In this document: positions 8,142-18,159 of the stretch, piece by piece | Position numbering within the stretch: position 1 is the first letter of the stretch | Layout: each line of letters starts with the position of its first letter | Sequence record: SRR20825006_2358 | DNA length: 40,570 nt | Reading direction: 5' to 3' (one strand) | The notes under the pieces: generated by a model | What the model saw: only the letters and a program-made list of their open reading frames with translations | Databases searched by the model: none | What the model was told of the DNA's origin: nothing | Program-made: the position numbers and the translations under genes

Positions 8142-9455
8142 ATGAAATCTGATTACCAGGCGAACAGCATCACTCTGACCGGCGGTGTCTCGATGGGCAC
8201 CGGCGTCATGATCGGAGCGGGAATCTTCGCGCTTACCGGTCAGATTGCAGAACTTGCGGGCCCGTGGTTTCCGCTTTCCTTCATCGCCGGCGGGATCGTT
8301 ACCGGATTCAGCGCCTATACCTATGTGAAGATGTCGAATGCTTTCCCGTCCGCTGGCGGAATCGCAATGATCTTGCAGAAGGCCTATGGGCCGGGGGCAA
8401 TTGCGGCCGCCGCCGCTTTGCTGATGGCGCTCTCCATGGTGATCAACGAGAGTCTCGTCGCGCGGACTTTCGGCGCCTACGTTCTCAGGCCATTCGAATT
8501 AGAGGCAGGCAGCATTCTCGTGCCCGCGCTTGGCGTCGGGCTGATCGTCTTCGCCTATCTTGTTAACATATCGGGCAATCGCTCCGTTGGCCTGTTCTCA
8601 GTCGTCATGGCATTCCTGAAAATCGGTGGCATCGCCGCCTTCGGCATTGCCGCGCTGGTGGCCGGCGGCTTCACCTTCGAGCCGGCGTCAGGGTCGTCGC
8701 AATCCATCCCGATCGCCGGCTTCACGGCGTCGATCGCGTTTTCGATCCTCGCATTCAAGGGCTTCACGACGATCACCAACAGTGGCGCCGAGATCGTCGA
8801 TCCGCATCGCAATGTCGGCCGCACGATCATCATTTCAATCGCGATTTGCGTGGTGGTCTATCTGCTGGTCGCGTTCGCGGTCGGTTCCAGTCTCTCGCTC
8901 GACGAGATCGTCGCCGCGAAAGACTATTCGCTCGCGGAGGCAGCCGAACCGGCCCTCGGTCCTTACGGTTTCTATTTCACCATCGCGCTTGCTGTTGTCG
9001 CGACCGCCTCGGGGCTGCTCGCCAGTGTCTTTGCCGTCTCGCGCATGCTGGCGATGCTGACCGACATGAAGATGATCCCCCACAGTCATTTCGGCATGTC
9101 CGGTCCGATCCGCGAGCACACGTTGGTTTACACCGTGGTGATTGCGGGAGTCCTGACGGTGCTTTTTGATCTCAGCCGCATCGCATCGCTCGGCGCCTTC
9201 TTCTACCTGGTGATGGATATCCTGATCCATTGGGGCGTGTTCCGCCGCCTGCGCCACGAGATCGACGCGAGCGGCTGGGTACTGATTATGGCTATCGCGC
9301 TCGACGCGCTCGTGCTCGGCGTCTTTGGCGCCATAAAGCTGCAATCAGATCCGCTTATCGTGGTCATCGCGGTCGCCGCCATCGCCGCAGTGTTCGCCTA
9401 TGAGCGCGTCTTTCTGTCGCGCTGGACCGCGGAGGAAAAACATGGCGGTCACTGA
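8142..9455 (+). CDS. APC family amino acid permease
   Basis: GVMIGAGIF, PSAGG, AFKGFTTITNSGAEI; about 12 TM segments. Confidence 0.88.
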   Translation: MKSDYQANSITLTGGVSMGTGVMIGAGIFALTGQIAELAGPWFPLSFIAGGIVTGFSAYTYVKMSNAFPSAGGIAMILQKAYGPGAIAAAAALLMALSMVINESLVARTFGAYVLRPFELEAGSILVPALGVGLIVFAYLVNISGNRSVGLFSVVMAFLKIGGIAAFGIAALVAGGFTFEPASGSSQSIPIAGFTASIAFSILAFKGFTTITNSGAEIVDPHRNVGRTIIISIAICVVVYLLVAFAVGSSLSLDEIVAAKDYSLAEAAEPALGPYGFYFTIALAVVATASGLLASVFAVSRMLAMLTDMKMIPHSHFGMSGPIREHTLVYTVVIAGVLTVLFDLSRIASLGAFFYLVMDILIHWGVFRRLRHEIDASGWVLIMAIALDALVLGVFGAIKLQSDPLIVVIAVAAIAAVFAYERVFLSRWTAEEKHGGH

Positions 9456-9562
9456 GCAGTTGCCAAGCCCCGCTCATCATCCGGCGATCACGCTATTTTC
9501 GAGATTTATATCGCAACAGGTGAAAATGATCTCTCGCCATATCTACGAGGCCGGGAGAGAAC

Positions 9563-10177
9563 ATGACTGACGATCAAGACAGTGATTCACCACGAGACGC
9601 TGTCCATGCAGTCATGGTGGAAATTCAGCAGGACTTCTTTCGCTTTCTCGCGCGGCGGCTCGGCAATGAAGAGGAGGCCGCCGACGTTCTGCACGATTTC
9701 TACGTCAAGGTGCTTGCCCGGGTTGGCGATGTTCGCGACACGGAAAAGCTGCGCGCCTGGATGCGCCGGGTGTTGGAGACGACGTTAGTCGACTATTACC
9801 GCGCCCAAGGCAAGAAGCGTCAAAGGGACGCGGAATACCACTATCTGGAGTCAGTGCTCTTGACCGGCGAAGCCAAGAGCGATCTCGATCTCTTTGTCTG
9901 TGTGTGCCTTTACAAACTTCTTCCGACCCTAAAGTCGGAGTATGCGGAAATCTTGTGGCGCGCCGACTTGATCGGCGAGTCCCGCCAAAGTATCGCTGGC
10001 ACGCTCGGCATCACGGAGAGCAATTTTCGCGTGCGTCTGCACCGGGCCCGCCAGGCCTTGCGGCAGCAGCTGGAAGAGACCTGTCGGACCTGCCCAATTC
10101 ATGGCTATCTCGATTGCGAGTGCGACTACGCCGGCCATGTTCGTGCGGAGATCGGGGAAGGACCCTCCGAACTGTAA
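9563..10177 (+). CDS. ECF sigma factor, CorE-like with CxC linker and Cys-rich domain
   Basis: Sigma2 (AADVLHDFY, WMRRVLETTLVDYYR), linker CVC, sigma4, tail CRTCPIHGYLDCEC. Confidence 0.9.
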   Translation: MTDDQDSDSPRDAVHAVMVEIQQDFFRFLARRLGNEEEAADVLHDFYVKVLARVGDVRDTEKLRAWMRRVLETTLVDYYRAQGKKRQRDAEYHYLESVLLTGEAKSDLDLFVCVCLYKLLPTLKSEYAEILWRADLIGESRQSIAGTLGITESNFRVRLHRARQALRQQLEETCRTCPIHGYLDCECDYAGHVRAEIGEGPSEL

Positions 10178-10198
10178 CGAATTGCTCCCCGGACCGTC
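10173..10198 (+). promoter_or_regulatory. Putative ECF promoter TGTAAC-N16-CGTC overlapping the sigma stop codon (phasin to phaC operon)
   Basis: TGTAAC at 10173-10178 and CGTC at 10195-10198. Confidence 0.7.
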
Positions 10199-10293
10199 TA
10201 TCTGAACGACGGCCCGAATACATTGGCGCGCCGTCGCGCACCAGCTTCAGGTCACCCGTTCTCAATCTGATGGACCATCCGAAGGAGCCGACC

Positions 10294-10740
10294 ATGCCAA
10301 ACACATCCAAACCCACCAATCCCGCAGTTCTGCAGTATCGGGGGCTCGACCTCGAAGCCATCACGGCCCTGCAAATGCGTAATGTTGAAGCGCTCCGGAG
10401 CATGACGAATCTCATGTTCGACACGACGGAAGCGGTCACTAGGCGCCAGGCCGAATTCCTTGAAACCCGCGTCGGCCAGATGAGCGCGGCGTTCGAGCCT
10501 GGCGAAAACGCTTCGGATCCAAAGGCTCTTTTCGAACGGCAAGCCGAGGCCTATCGCGATCTCTTCGGGGCGCTCGCCAGCCATGTTGGGGAGCTTGCCG
10601 AGATCACGTCCAAATGCTGCGCCGGGCTGGTGCACGAGGCGAGCCGAGCGGCGGCGGGCCAGGACGACGAGAGCGCTGCCGTGAAGCGGTCGGAGAACGA
10701 CGGCACCGCAGCCTCGAAGACAAGCGCAGCGAAAAAGTAG
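10294..10740 (+). CDS. phaP: Phasin family protein
   Basis: DLEAITALQMRNVEAL...EAVTRRQAEFL resembles alphaproteobacterial phasins. AAGGAG RBS before ATG 10294; PHA gene context. Confidence 0.7.
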   Translation: MPNTSKPTNPAVLQYRGLDLEAITALQMRNVEALRSMTNLMFDTTEAVTRRQAEFLETRVGQMSAAFEPGENASDPKALFERQAEAYRDLFGALASHVGELAEITSKCCAGLVHEASRAAAGQDDESAAVKRSENDGTAASKTSAAKK

Positions 10741-10755
10741 TCGCGGGCAGGGTTC

Positions 10756-11115
10756 ATGAACGCGCTTTCCTACTTCCTGATCTGGGCGGTGATCATCTTC
10801 GTGATGATGCGCTTCGGCTGCGGCGCCCATGTCATGGGACATGGGCACGGCAAGGCCAAGCACGGCGATGCGAACCACAGCCGGCAAAAGAATGCCGAGG
10901 AGTTGCGGTGGATTCCCCCAACCAAGGACGTCGATCCCGTCTGTGGCAAGACCGTCAGTACCGACAAGGCCAAGCCGAGCGTCCATGACGGCAGTGTTTA
11001 TTATTTTTGCTCGCGGGAATGCCGGGAGCGCTTTGAGGCTGCGCCCGAGCAATATGTCGGACCCGGTGCCAAGACCGAGACGCCGACGCCCCAGTTGGAG
11101 GACCGCCATGTCTGA
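10756..11115 (+). CDS. Membrane-anchored YHS/TRASH metal-binding protein
   Basis: N-terminal TM plus MMRFGCGAH, His-rich linker, DPVCGK...YYFCSRECRERF. Confidence 0.85.
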   Translation: MNALSYFLIWAVIIFVMMRFGCGAHVMGHGHGKAKHGDANHSRQKNAEELRWIPPTKDVDPVCGKTVSTDKAKPSVHDGSVYYFCSRECRERFEAAPEQYVGPGAKTETPTPQLEDRHV

Positions 11116-11446
11116 TCTCAATATCTCTTCGAGGACGCCGCCGCGCGCGGGGACGCCCCTGCCGGTTCAGTCTGCTTCAAGAATACCCGTGATGGCGCTC
11201 GGCTTGAGCCTAGGCCTCTTCCTGGCCGTCACCTTCGCTCTTTGCGTCGGCTTCGACCTTTTGTTTCCCGGCCAGGCGATGTATCAAAGCTGGTTCCGGC
11301 TCCTTCCTGGCTTCACTTGGCTGAGCTGGCAGAGCTTTTTCCTCGGCCTGGCCGAGAGCTTCGCCTATGGCTGGTATGTGGCACTGGTCTTCGCGCCGCT
11401 TTACAATTTCTTTGCCGCGCACAGTGGCCGGGGAGGCCGGCCATGA
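11108..11446 (+). CDS. DUF5676-like membrane protein
   Basis: LLPGFTWLSWQSFFLGLAESFAYGWYVALVFAPLYN; overlaps both neighbours, consistent with operon packing. Confidence 0.7.
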   Translation: MSDLNISSRTPPRAGTPLPVQSASRIPVMALGLSLGLFLAVTFALCVGFDLLFPGQAMYQSWFRLLPGFTWLSWQSFFLGLAESFAYGWYVALVFAPLYNFFAAHSGRGGRP

Positions 11447-13266
11447 CGACGGCAAAGAGGCAAAAAGCCACGACCGATGCCGGCGACAAACGGGCACCCG
11501 CACTTAAACTGGTAAGCCAGGCGGATGCCCGGCGTCAGAAGCGTGTGGAGGATGCTTCGGACGCTCGACTGCCGGGCCAGGATCTCGTCGACTACCAGGT
11601 CGACCTCTGGCAGCGGACGATCCTTTTCTGGGACACGCTCAGACAACGCGCCGACAATATGCTCGAGCATGAACGCGCCGGTTTGCCGCCGTTGCTCGAC
11701 TTCAAATACGAGACGATCCTCGACGCACGGCGCTTCGAGCCTCCCGCGAACTATGCGCTCCTGCGGATTACGGAAGTCGGCGATGACTGCTGGGACGACT
11801 GCGTCGATCCCGACAAGCCGCCGGTCATCGTGGTCGATCCGCGCGCCGGGCACGGGCCGGGGATCGGCGGGTTCAAGCACGATTCCGAAGTCGGCATGGC
11901 GCTCCACGAGGGGCATCCAACATATTTCGTGATCTTTTTCCCGGAGCCATCGCCCGGCCAGACACTGGCCGACGTGTTACATGCACTCAGGCGCTTCGTG
12001 GAGGAGGTCGCCGGACGCCATTCCGGCACGCCGCCTGTCCTTTACGGCAACTGTCAGGCCGGTTGGGCGATGACTCTGCTCTCGGCCGACTGTGAGGGTC
12101 TGGTCGGCCCTGCTGTGCTGAACGGCTCGCCGCTGTCCTATTGGTCAGGCGAGGCCGGCGTCAATCCGATGCGGGTGACCGGAGGACTGCTCGGCGGCGC
12201 CTGGCTCACGCATTTGACGGCCGATCTCGGCAACGGCCGCTTCGATGGCGCGTGGCTGGCCCTGAATTTCGAGAACCTGAAGCCGGAAAAGGCTATTTGG
12301 GAGAAATACGCCGGTCTGTTCCACAAGGTCGATACCGAGAGCGAGCGCTTCCTCGAGTTCGAGCGCTGGTGGAACGGGTTCTATTTCCTCAGCCGCGAAG
12401 AAATACTGGCGATCGTCGAAAACCTGTTCATCGGCAACAAGCTGGAACAGGGCATCATGCGCATCTGCGACGGCTGCATCGCCGATTTGCGCCGCATCCG
12501 CAATCCGTTGGTCATCTTTGCCTCCTACGGAGACAACATCACGCCGCCGCATCAGGCTCTGGGCTGGATTCCGACCGTATATGAGGATACGGCCGATCTG
12601 AAGAAGGCGGGTCAACGGATCGTCTATCTGACCAATCCGCATGTGGGCCATCTCGGCATCTTCGTGTCGGCCAAGGTCGCCCGCCTTGAACATCGCGCCA
12701 TTCTCGAAAACCTCGATGAGATCGAAGCCCTCGCTCCGGGCCTCTACGAGATGAAGATCGACAACCCGAGCGGCGACCCCGACTGCCACAAGCCGCAATT
12801 CACCGTGCGGTTTGACGAGCGGCGGGTCGAGGATCTGAAGTTTCCGGAGCAAAGCCAGGCATTCGAACAAGTGCGGGCTGTTTCCGAGGCGGGCGAGGCG
12901 TTCTACCGGAGCTTCGTCAGTCCGTGGGTTCAGATGGCGAGCAATCCATGGACCGCGGAGTCGTTGAAGTGGCTGCATCCGATGCGAACGAGCCGTTACT
13001 TGTTTTCCGAGTCGTTCAACCCATGGATGCGCGGTGTCGCGGCTCTGGCAGATGGTATTGCCAAGACGCGGAAACCGCTGCCCGAGGATCATCCTTTGCT
13101 GGAAAGGGAACGGGAGCTTTTCGCCGAATTTTTCGGGGCGATCGAGCAGGTCCGCGAGTGGCGCGACGCCGGCTACGAACAGGCGTTCGGGCAGCTTTAC
13201 GGCCAGGAGACATCCGCGGCGGGAACAGTAGGGAATGAAGGCGAGGCGAAGAACGATGGCCGTTGA
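11443..13266 (+). CDS. DUF3141 alpha/beta hydrolase (PHA synthase/depolymerase-like)
   Basis: DPRAGHGPGIGGFK, GNCQAGW nucleophile elbow, GDNITPP, GHLGIFVS; ATGA coupling at 11443. Confidence 0.85.
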   Translation: MTTAKRQKATTDAGDKRAPALKLVSQADARRQKRVEDASDARLPGQDLVDYQVDLWQRTILFWDTLRQRADNMLEHERAGLPPLLDFKYETILDARRFEPPANYALLRITEVGDDCWDDCVDPDKPPVIVVDPRAGHGPGIGGFKHDSEVGMALHEGHPTYFVIFFPEPSPGQTLADVLHALRRFVEEVAGRHSGTPPVLYGNCQAGWAMTLLSADCEGLVGPAVLNGSPLSYWSGEAGVNPMRVTGGLLGGAWLTHLTADLGNGRFDGAWLALNFENLKPEKAIWEKYAGLFHKVDTESERFLEFERWWNGFYFLSREEILAIVENLFIGNKLEQGIMRICDGCIADLRRIRNPLVIFASYGDNITPPHQALGWIPTVYEDTADLKKAGQRIVYLTNPHVGHLGIFVSAKVARLEHRAILENLDEIEALAPGLYEMKIDNPSGDPDCHKPQFTVRFDERRVEDLKFPEQSQAFEQVRAVSEAGEAFYRSFVSPWVQMASNPWTAESLKWLHPMRTSRYLFSESFNPWMRGVAALADGIAKTRKPLPEDHPLLERERELFAEFFGAIEQVREWRDAGYEQAFGQLYGQETSAAGTVGNEGEAKNDGR

Positions 13267-14473
13267 TGGCGCGATCCTGGTCATCAATAGTGGATCCTCC
13301 AGCGTCAAGTTCGCGCTGTTCGACGCGGCTCCCGCCGAGCCCCAGCGAACCTGGTCGGGTTCTCTGGAACGCATTGGCTTCGACGAAGGACGTTTCCTTG
13401 TGAGGGCAGCGGACGGGACGGCACTGGTCGATGAAATGCGGGCAATTCCCGACCATGACGCGGCCCTCGACCTGCTTCTGAACTGGGCCGAGGATCGCGA
13501 CACGCAAGCGACACCCGTTGCCGTTGGCCACCGGTTGGTACATGGCGGAGAGGGCTGTGATTGTTCGCTTGTGGTCACGCCCGCGCTTGAGGTCCGGCTG
13601 AAGCAACTGGTCCCGCTCGCGCCCCTCCATCTGCCCCATAACCTGGCCGGCATCACGGCGGTCCGACGACAACGGCCCGATCTCCCGCAGGTCGCCTGCT
13701 TCGACACCGCGTTTCACCATGGCTTGTCACGTGTGGCGCGCTTGACCGGCTTGCCGCGCCGTTTCGAGCAAGAGGGTATCCGGCGCTACGGTTTTCACGG
13801 CCTGTCTTATGAGTATGTCATCGGCGAGGTACGCCGGCGTGACGGCGACGCAGCTGCGGAGGAACGAATCATTGTTGCCCATCTCGGCAACGGCGCGTCG
13901 ATGGCGGCGATCAGGAACGGACACAGCGTCGAGACCACCATGGGCTTCAGTACACTTGCCGGCCTTCCCATGGGGACGCGTCCCGGCGATCTCGATCCCG
14001 GCGTTCTCCTGCATCTCCTGATCGAAAAGCAAATGACTCCCGACGCCCTTCAACAGGTGCTCTACACCGAATCGGGCCTGCTCGGTCTGTCCGGCTTGAG
14101 CCGCAACATGGCCGATCTCCTGGCCCGGCGGGACGTTCCAGAGGCGGCGGAGGCGATCGACTTCTTCAGCCACCATGCACGCCGGCACCTGGCTGGCCTG
14201 ACGGCCGCGCTCGGCGGTCTCGATCGGTTGATTTTCACCGGCGGTATTGGCGCTAACTCGCCCGAAATCCGCGCCAGCATCTGCGAGGGGCTCGATTATC
14301 TCGGTCTCACGCTTGATGCGGAGCGGAACGCCGGTCAACAACGCGTTGTCTCGACCGACGACAGCGGTGTGCTCATCGAAGCCTTCAAGACTGACGAGGA
14401 GTTGGCCATCGCGCGCCATACTCAAAACATTCTGAGGGCATCCGGAAAGGAGAATGTGCGAGCCCATGGTTGA
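13256..14473 (+). CDS. ackA: Acetate/propionate kinase
   Basis: INSGSSSVKF, GHRLVHGG, FDTAFH, RRYGFHGLSY, HLGNGAS, FTGGIG. Confidence 0.92.
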   Translation: MAVDGAILVINSGSSSVKFALFDAAPAEPQRTWSGSLERIGFDEGRFLVRAADGTALVDEMRAIPDHDAALDLLLNWAEDRDTQATPVAVGHRLVHGGEGCDCSLVVTPALEVRLKQLVPLAPLHLPHNLAGITAVRRQRPDLPQVACFDTAFHHGLSRVARLTGLPRRFEQEGIRRYGFHGLSYEYVIGEVRRRDGDAAAEERIIVAHLGNGASMAAIRNGHSVETTMGFSTLAGLPMGTRPGDLDPGVLLHLLIEKQMTPDALQQVLYTESGLLGLSGLSRNMADLLARRDVPEAAEAIDFFSHHARRHLAGLTAALGGLDRLIFTGGIGANSPEIRASICEGLDYLGLTLDAERNAGQQRVVSTDDSGVLIEAFKTDEELAIARHTQNILRASGKENVRAHG

Positions 14474-15476
14474 TCATCCCGCCACTCTCGAAGATCTCGT
14501 CGCACGCGCGAAGGAGCGCACGCCGATCCGCGTCGCCGTGGTCGCCGCCGATCAAGGCCTTGTCCTCGAAACGGTTCAGGAAGCCGTGGCGCTTGGCCTG
14601 ATCGAGCCCCGGCTCGTCGGCGATCCCGACGCGATTCTGGCCTGCGCAGCCTCCTCCAATGTGGAGATCGACCGGGCTGCGATCGTATCCGCAAAGAGCG
14701 ACGCCGAGACAGCCCGCGCCGGTGTCGATCTCGTCCGAAACGGCGATGCCGACGCGGTCATGAAAGGTCACATTCACACCGATGCCTTCATGCGGGCCCT
14801 GCTAGACACGGACCAGGGCCTCAGACTCCCAGGTCGCCGCGTCAGCCACGTCTTCATGGTCGACATTCCAGCCTATCCGAAGCTCCTCGCGATCACGGAC
14901 GCGGCCATCAACATCATGCCGGACCTCAACGCGAAAGCGCAGATTCTTGAGAACGCCATCGCACTTTTCACGCTCCTTGGCATAGAAGCACCGAAGGCAG
15001 CTGTGTTGTCGGCGGTCGAGACGGTCAATCCGGCCATTGCATCGACCCTCGACGCGGCCTGTCTCGCTTTGATGGCCAAACGGGGCCAGATTGCAGGTGC
15101 GATCGTCGATGGCCCGATGGCTTTTGACAACGCCATCTCAGCCGACGCAGCCCGCGAGAAAGGCATCGTCTCGGAGGTCGCCGGAGATGTCGATATCCTG
15201 CTGGTCCCCGATCTCGTTTCCGGCAACATCTTGGCCAAGAATCTCGAATATCTGGCCGGCGCCACGGCGGCGGGCGTCGTCATGGGCCTCGCCGCGCCGG
15301 TGGTGCTCAGCTCCCGCGCCGATCCGCCGGCCGCCCGGTTGGCGGCGCTGGCGCTCGCCGTCCTGATGCATCAACCTGCGCTGCCTCGGTCGCAGCAGTT
15401 GCAACAAGGAGAATCGGAATCGGCCATTCATTGCGCGGCTCAACCTGAAGCCGCGTGCTGTCCGATGGGAGCGTGA
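14466..15476 (+). CDS. pta: Phosphate acetyl/butyryltransferase
   Basis: MKGHIHT, TDAAINIMPDL, DGPMAFDNAIS, GNILAK, SRAD; extra tail CAAQPEAACCP. Confidence 0.85.
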   Translation: MVDHPATLEDLVARAKERTPIRVAVVAADQGLVLETVQEAVALGLIEPRLVGDPDAILACAASSNVEIDRAAIVSAKSDAETARAGVDLVRNGDADAVMKGHIHTDAFMRALLDTDQGLRLPGRRVSHVFMVDIPAYPKLLAITDAAINIMPDLNAKAQILENAIALFTLLGIEAPKAAVLSAVETVNPAIASTLDAACLALMAKRGQIAGAIVDGPMAFDNAISADAAREKGIVSEVAGDVDILLVPDLVSGNILAKNLEYLAGATAAGVVMGLAAPVVLSSRADPPAARLAALALAVLMHQPALPRSQQLQQGESESAIHCAAQPEAACCPMGA

Positions 15477-15479
15477 ACC

Positions 15480-17264
15480 ATGGGGCACCATCCAACGAAA
15501 ATACGAACGGAGCAAACCGCGCTGGCAACGCCTCGCAACGAACCGATGGGAAGGGGTTTATCCCTGGATCAACCTCTCCACGCGACACTCGGGCAGATCA
15601 CCGCCGGTGTGTCGCCCGTGGCGCTTGCTCAAGCGTATACGGACTGGGCGCAGCATCTCGTCATGTCGCCCGACAAGCAAATAGAACTAGTTCGGAAGGC
15701 CGCCCGCAAATGGGCGCGCTATCTGGAATACTGTTCACGGGCTTGCTCGGATCCTCATTGCGAGGCCTGCATCGAGCCCCTGCCGCAGGACAAACGCTTT
15801 GCCGGTGATCCGTGGCAGGCATGGCCATATAACGCGATCTATCAGGGTTTTCTCCTGACCCAGCAATGGTGGCACAACGCCACAACCGGCATCTCCGGCG
15901 TCTCCAGGCACCATGAAGAGGTCGTTTCCTTCGTTGCCCGGCAGTTGCTCGATATGATGTCGCCTGCGAATTTTCCGTCGAGCAACCCCGAGGTCCTGAA
16001 GGAGACCCTCGATACCGGGGGCCAAAATCTGGTACGCGGCGCGGTGAACTTCTTCGAGGACTGGCAACGCGCGGTCCGTGGGGGGCCACCTGCCGGCACG
16101 GAACGGTTTGCGGTCGGCGACAACCTGGCGGTTACACCGGGCCAAGTGATTTTCCGTAACGAATTGATCGAACTGATCCAATACATGCCGGCGACGGATA
16201 AGGTTCATCCCGAGCCTATCCTGATCGTGCCTGCCTGGATCATGAAATACTATATCCTCGACCTTAGCCCCGAGAACTCGCTGGTGAAATACTTGGTCGA
16301 GAAGGGTCACACGGTCTTCATGATCTCCTGGAAAAATCCGACGGTCGAAGATCGCGACCTTGGTATGGAGGACTATCGCCGGCTGGGCGTCATGGCCGCG
16401 CTCGACGCGGTGTCAGCTATCGCGCCGGAAAGCCGCGTCCACGGCGTCGGCTACTGCCTCGGTGGAACGCTCTTATCGATTGCTGCGGCGGCCATGGTCC
16501 GCGATGGCGACGACCGGCTGGCAACCATGACCCTCTTCGCCGCGCAGACGGACTTCACGGAAGCCGGCGAATTGATGCTGTTCATTGACGCGGCCCAGGT
16601 CAGCTTTCTTGAGGACATCATGGCCGAGCAGGGCTGTCTCGATACCAAGCAGATGGCCGGCACGTTCCAGCTGCTTCGCTCCAACGACCTCATCTGGTCG
16701 GCCATGGTTCAGAATTATCTCATGGGACAGCGCCGACCGATGTTCGACCTGATGGCGTGGAATGCTGACGCCACGCGCATGCCTGCCAGGATGCACTCCG
16801 AATATCTCCGGCAGCTGTTCCTCGATAATGATCTGGCGGACGAACGCTATTGCGTCGACGGTCGCCCGGTGTCGTTGCATGACATCCGCATTCCGATTTT
16901 TGCGGTCAGCACGCTCTCGGACCATGTCGCGCCGTGGCGGTCGGTTTACAAGATCCACAGCCAAACCAATGCTGATGTTACCTTCGTACTATCCAATGGC
17001 GGCCACAATGCCGGCATTGTGAGCCCACCTGGCAACACCCGGCGTCGTCACCAGATCGCCACCCACGATGATCTCGCGGCCTACCTGGACCCTGACACCT
17101 GGCAGGCGCGGGCCACCCACCATGAGGGTTCATGGTGGCCCTGTTGGCTAGGGTGGCTTAGCAACCATTCGGGTGAACCCGTTAAGCCCCCTGGCCTGGG
17201 GGCGGCGCGCAAGGGCTATCGGCGGCTGGGCGAAGCGCCCGGCACCTATGTGCTGATGCCCTGA
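15480..17264 (+). CDS. phaC: Class I PHA synthase
   Basis: TPGQVIFRNELIELIQY, PAWIMKYYILDLSPENS, lipase box GYCLGG, DHVAPW, GHNAGIV, SWWP. Confidence 0.92.
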   Translation: MGHHPTKIRTEQTALATPRNEPMGRGLSLDQPLHATLGQITAGVSPVALAQAYTDWAQHLVMSPDKQIELVRKAARKWARYLEYCSRACSDPHCEACIEPLPQDKRFAGDPWQAWPYNAIYQGFLLTQQWWHNATTGISGVSRHHEEVVSFVARQLLDMMSPANFPSSNPEVLKETLDTGGQNLVRGAVNFFEDWQRAVRGGPPAGTERFAVGDNLAVTPGQVIFRNELIELIQYMPATDKVHPEPILIVPAWIMKYYILDLSPENSLVKYLVEKGHTVFMISWKNPTVEDRDLGMEDYRRLGVMAALDAVSAIAPESRVHGVGYCLGGTLLSIAAAAMVRDGDDRLATMTLFAAQTDFTEAGELMLFIDAAQVSFLEDIMAEQGCLDTKQMAGTFQLLRSNDLIWSAMVQNYLMGQRRPMFDLMAWNADATRMPARMHSEYLRQLFLDNDLADERYCVDGRPVSLHDIRIPIFAVSTLSDHVAPWRSVYKIHSQTNADVTFVLSNGGHNAGIVSPPGNTRRRHQIATHDDLAAYLDPDTWQARATHHEGSWWPCWLGWLSNHSGEPVKPPGLGAARKGYRRLGEAPGTYVLMP

Positions 17265-17376
17265 CCCAGGCTGTGACCCTGTCGTCCGCAGCTATGTCTG
17301 GTCCCGAATAATATCGTGCGCGGCGAGACGGATCGCGCCTGGCCCGCCTGGCCGGAGAAAGGAGCAAGCGCAAAAA

Positions 17377-18159
17377 ATGGAACTCATCGATATGAAAGGC
17401 CGGAAGGGGTTGGTGGTGGGAATTGCCAACGAACACAGTTTGGCCTGGTCGGCGGCCCAGCATTTTCGGAACGCCGGCGCCGATCTTGCCATCACCTATC
17501 TGAACGACAAGGCCAAGCCCTTTGTTGAGCCGCTTTCGCAACAGGTGGACGCGCAACTTTTCCTGCCCTGCAATGTCGCCGAGCCGGGACAATTGGAGGC
17601 CGTCTTCGGGGAGATCGAGCAGAAATGGGGCCGATTGGATTTTCTGTTTCATGCGATCGGGTGGGCCCGTAAGGAAGATCTCCATGGCCGGTTGACCGAT
17701 TGTTCGGGAGAAGGCTTCGCTGAATCGATGCTTATCTCGTGCCACTCCTTCATCCGTATGGCGAAGCTCGCCGAGCCGCTCATGGACAAAGGTGGCAGCT
17801 TGACGACGCTCAGCTACTACGGCGCAGAAAAAGTGGTCGATCATTACAATGTCATGGGGCCAGTCAAAGCCGCCCTTGAAGCGTCTGTACGCTACCTGGC
17901 CCATGAACACGGTGGCAAGGCGATCCGGGTGAACGCGATTTCGGCCGGGGCGGTCGCGACACGCGCCGCCTCGGGCATCGAGCATTTCGACGAACTATTG
18001 AATGAGACCGTCCGCAAGGCACCGCTGCGGCGCACGGTGGACGCCTGCGAGGTGGGACGTACGGCGCTTATGCTGGCGAGCGATTATACGAGCGCCATCA
18101 CCGGGGAAACGCTCTACGTCGACGCGGGCTTTCACATCGAAGGGATGGTGTTTCACTGA
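17377..18159 (+). CDS. fabI: Enoyl-ACP reductase
   Basis: GIANEHSLAW, YYGAEKVVDHYNVMGPVKAALE, NAISAG, TRAASGI. Confidence 0.9.
   Translation: MELIDMKGRKGLVVGIANEHSLAWSAAQHFRNAGADLAITYLNDKAKPFVEPLSQQVDAQLFLPCNVAEPGQLEAVFGEIEQKWGRLDFLFHAIGWARKEDLHGRLTDCSGEGFAESMLISCHSFIRMAKLAEPLMDKGGSLTTLSYYGAEKVVDHYNVMGPVKAALEASVRYLAHEHGGKAIRVNAISAGAVATRAASGIEHFDELLNETVRKAPLRRTVDACEVGRTALMLASDYTSAITGETLYVDAGFHIEGMVFH

Noticed and set aside
9512-9538. CGCAAC-N17-CGCC upstream of sigma 9563 as an autoregulatory promoter
   Set aside because: Three mismatches to the motif; could be chance.
16131-16136. GTTACA inside phaC (also at 37340 in rlxS)
   Set aside because: Intragenic, antisense and lacking a matching -10.
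17272-17298. TGTGAC-N17-TGTC upstream of fabI (and TGTGAC-N18-CGTC at 18384)
   Set aside because: Mismatches or wrong spacing; plausible weak sites but not supportable.
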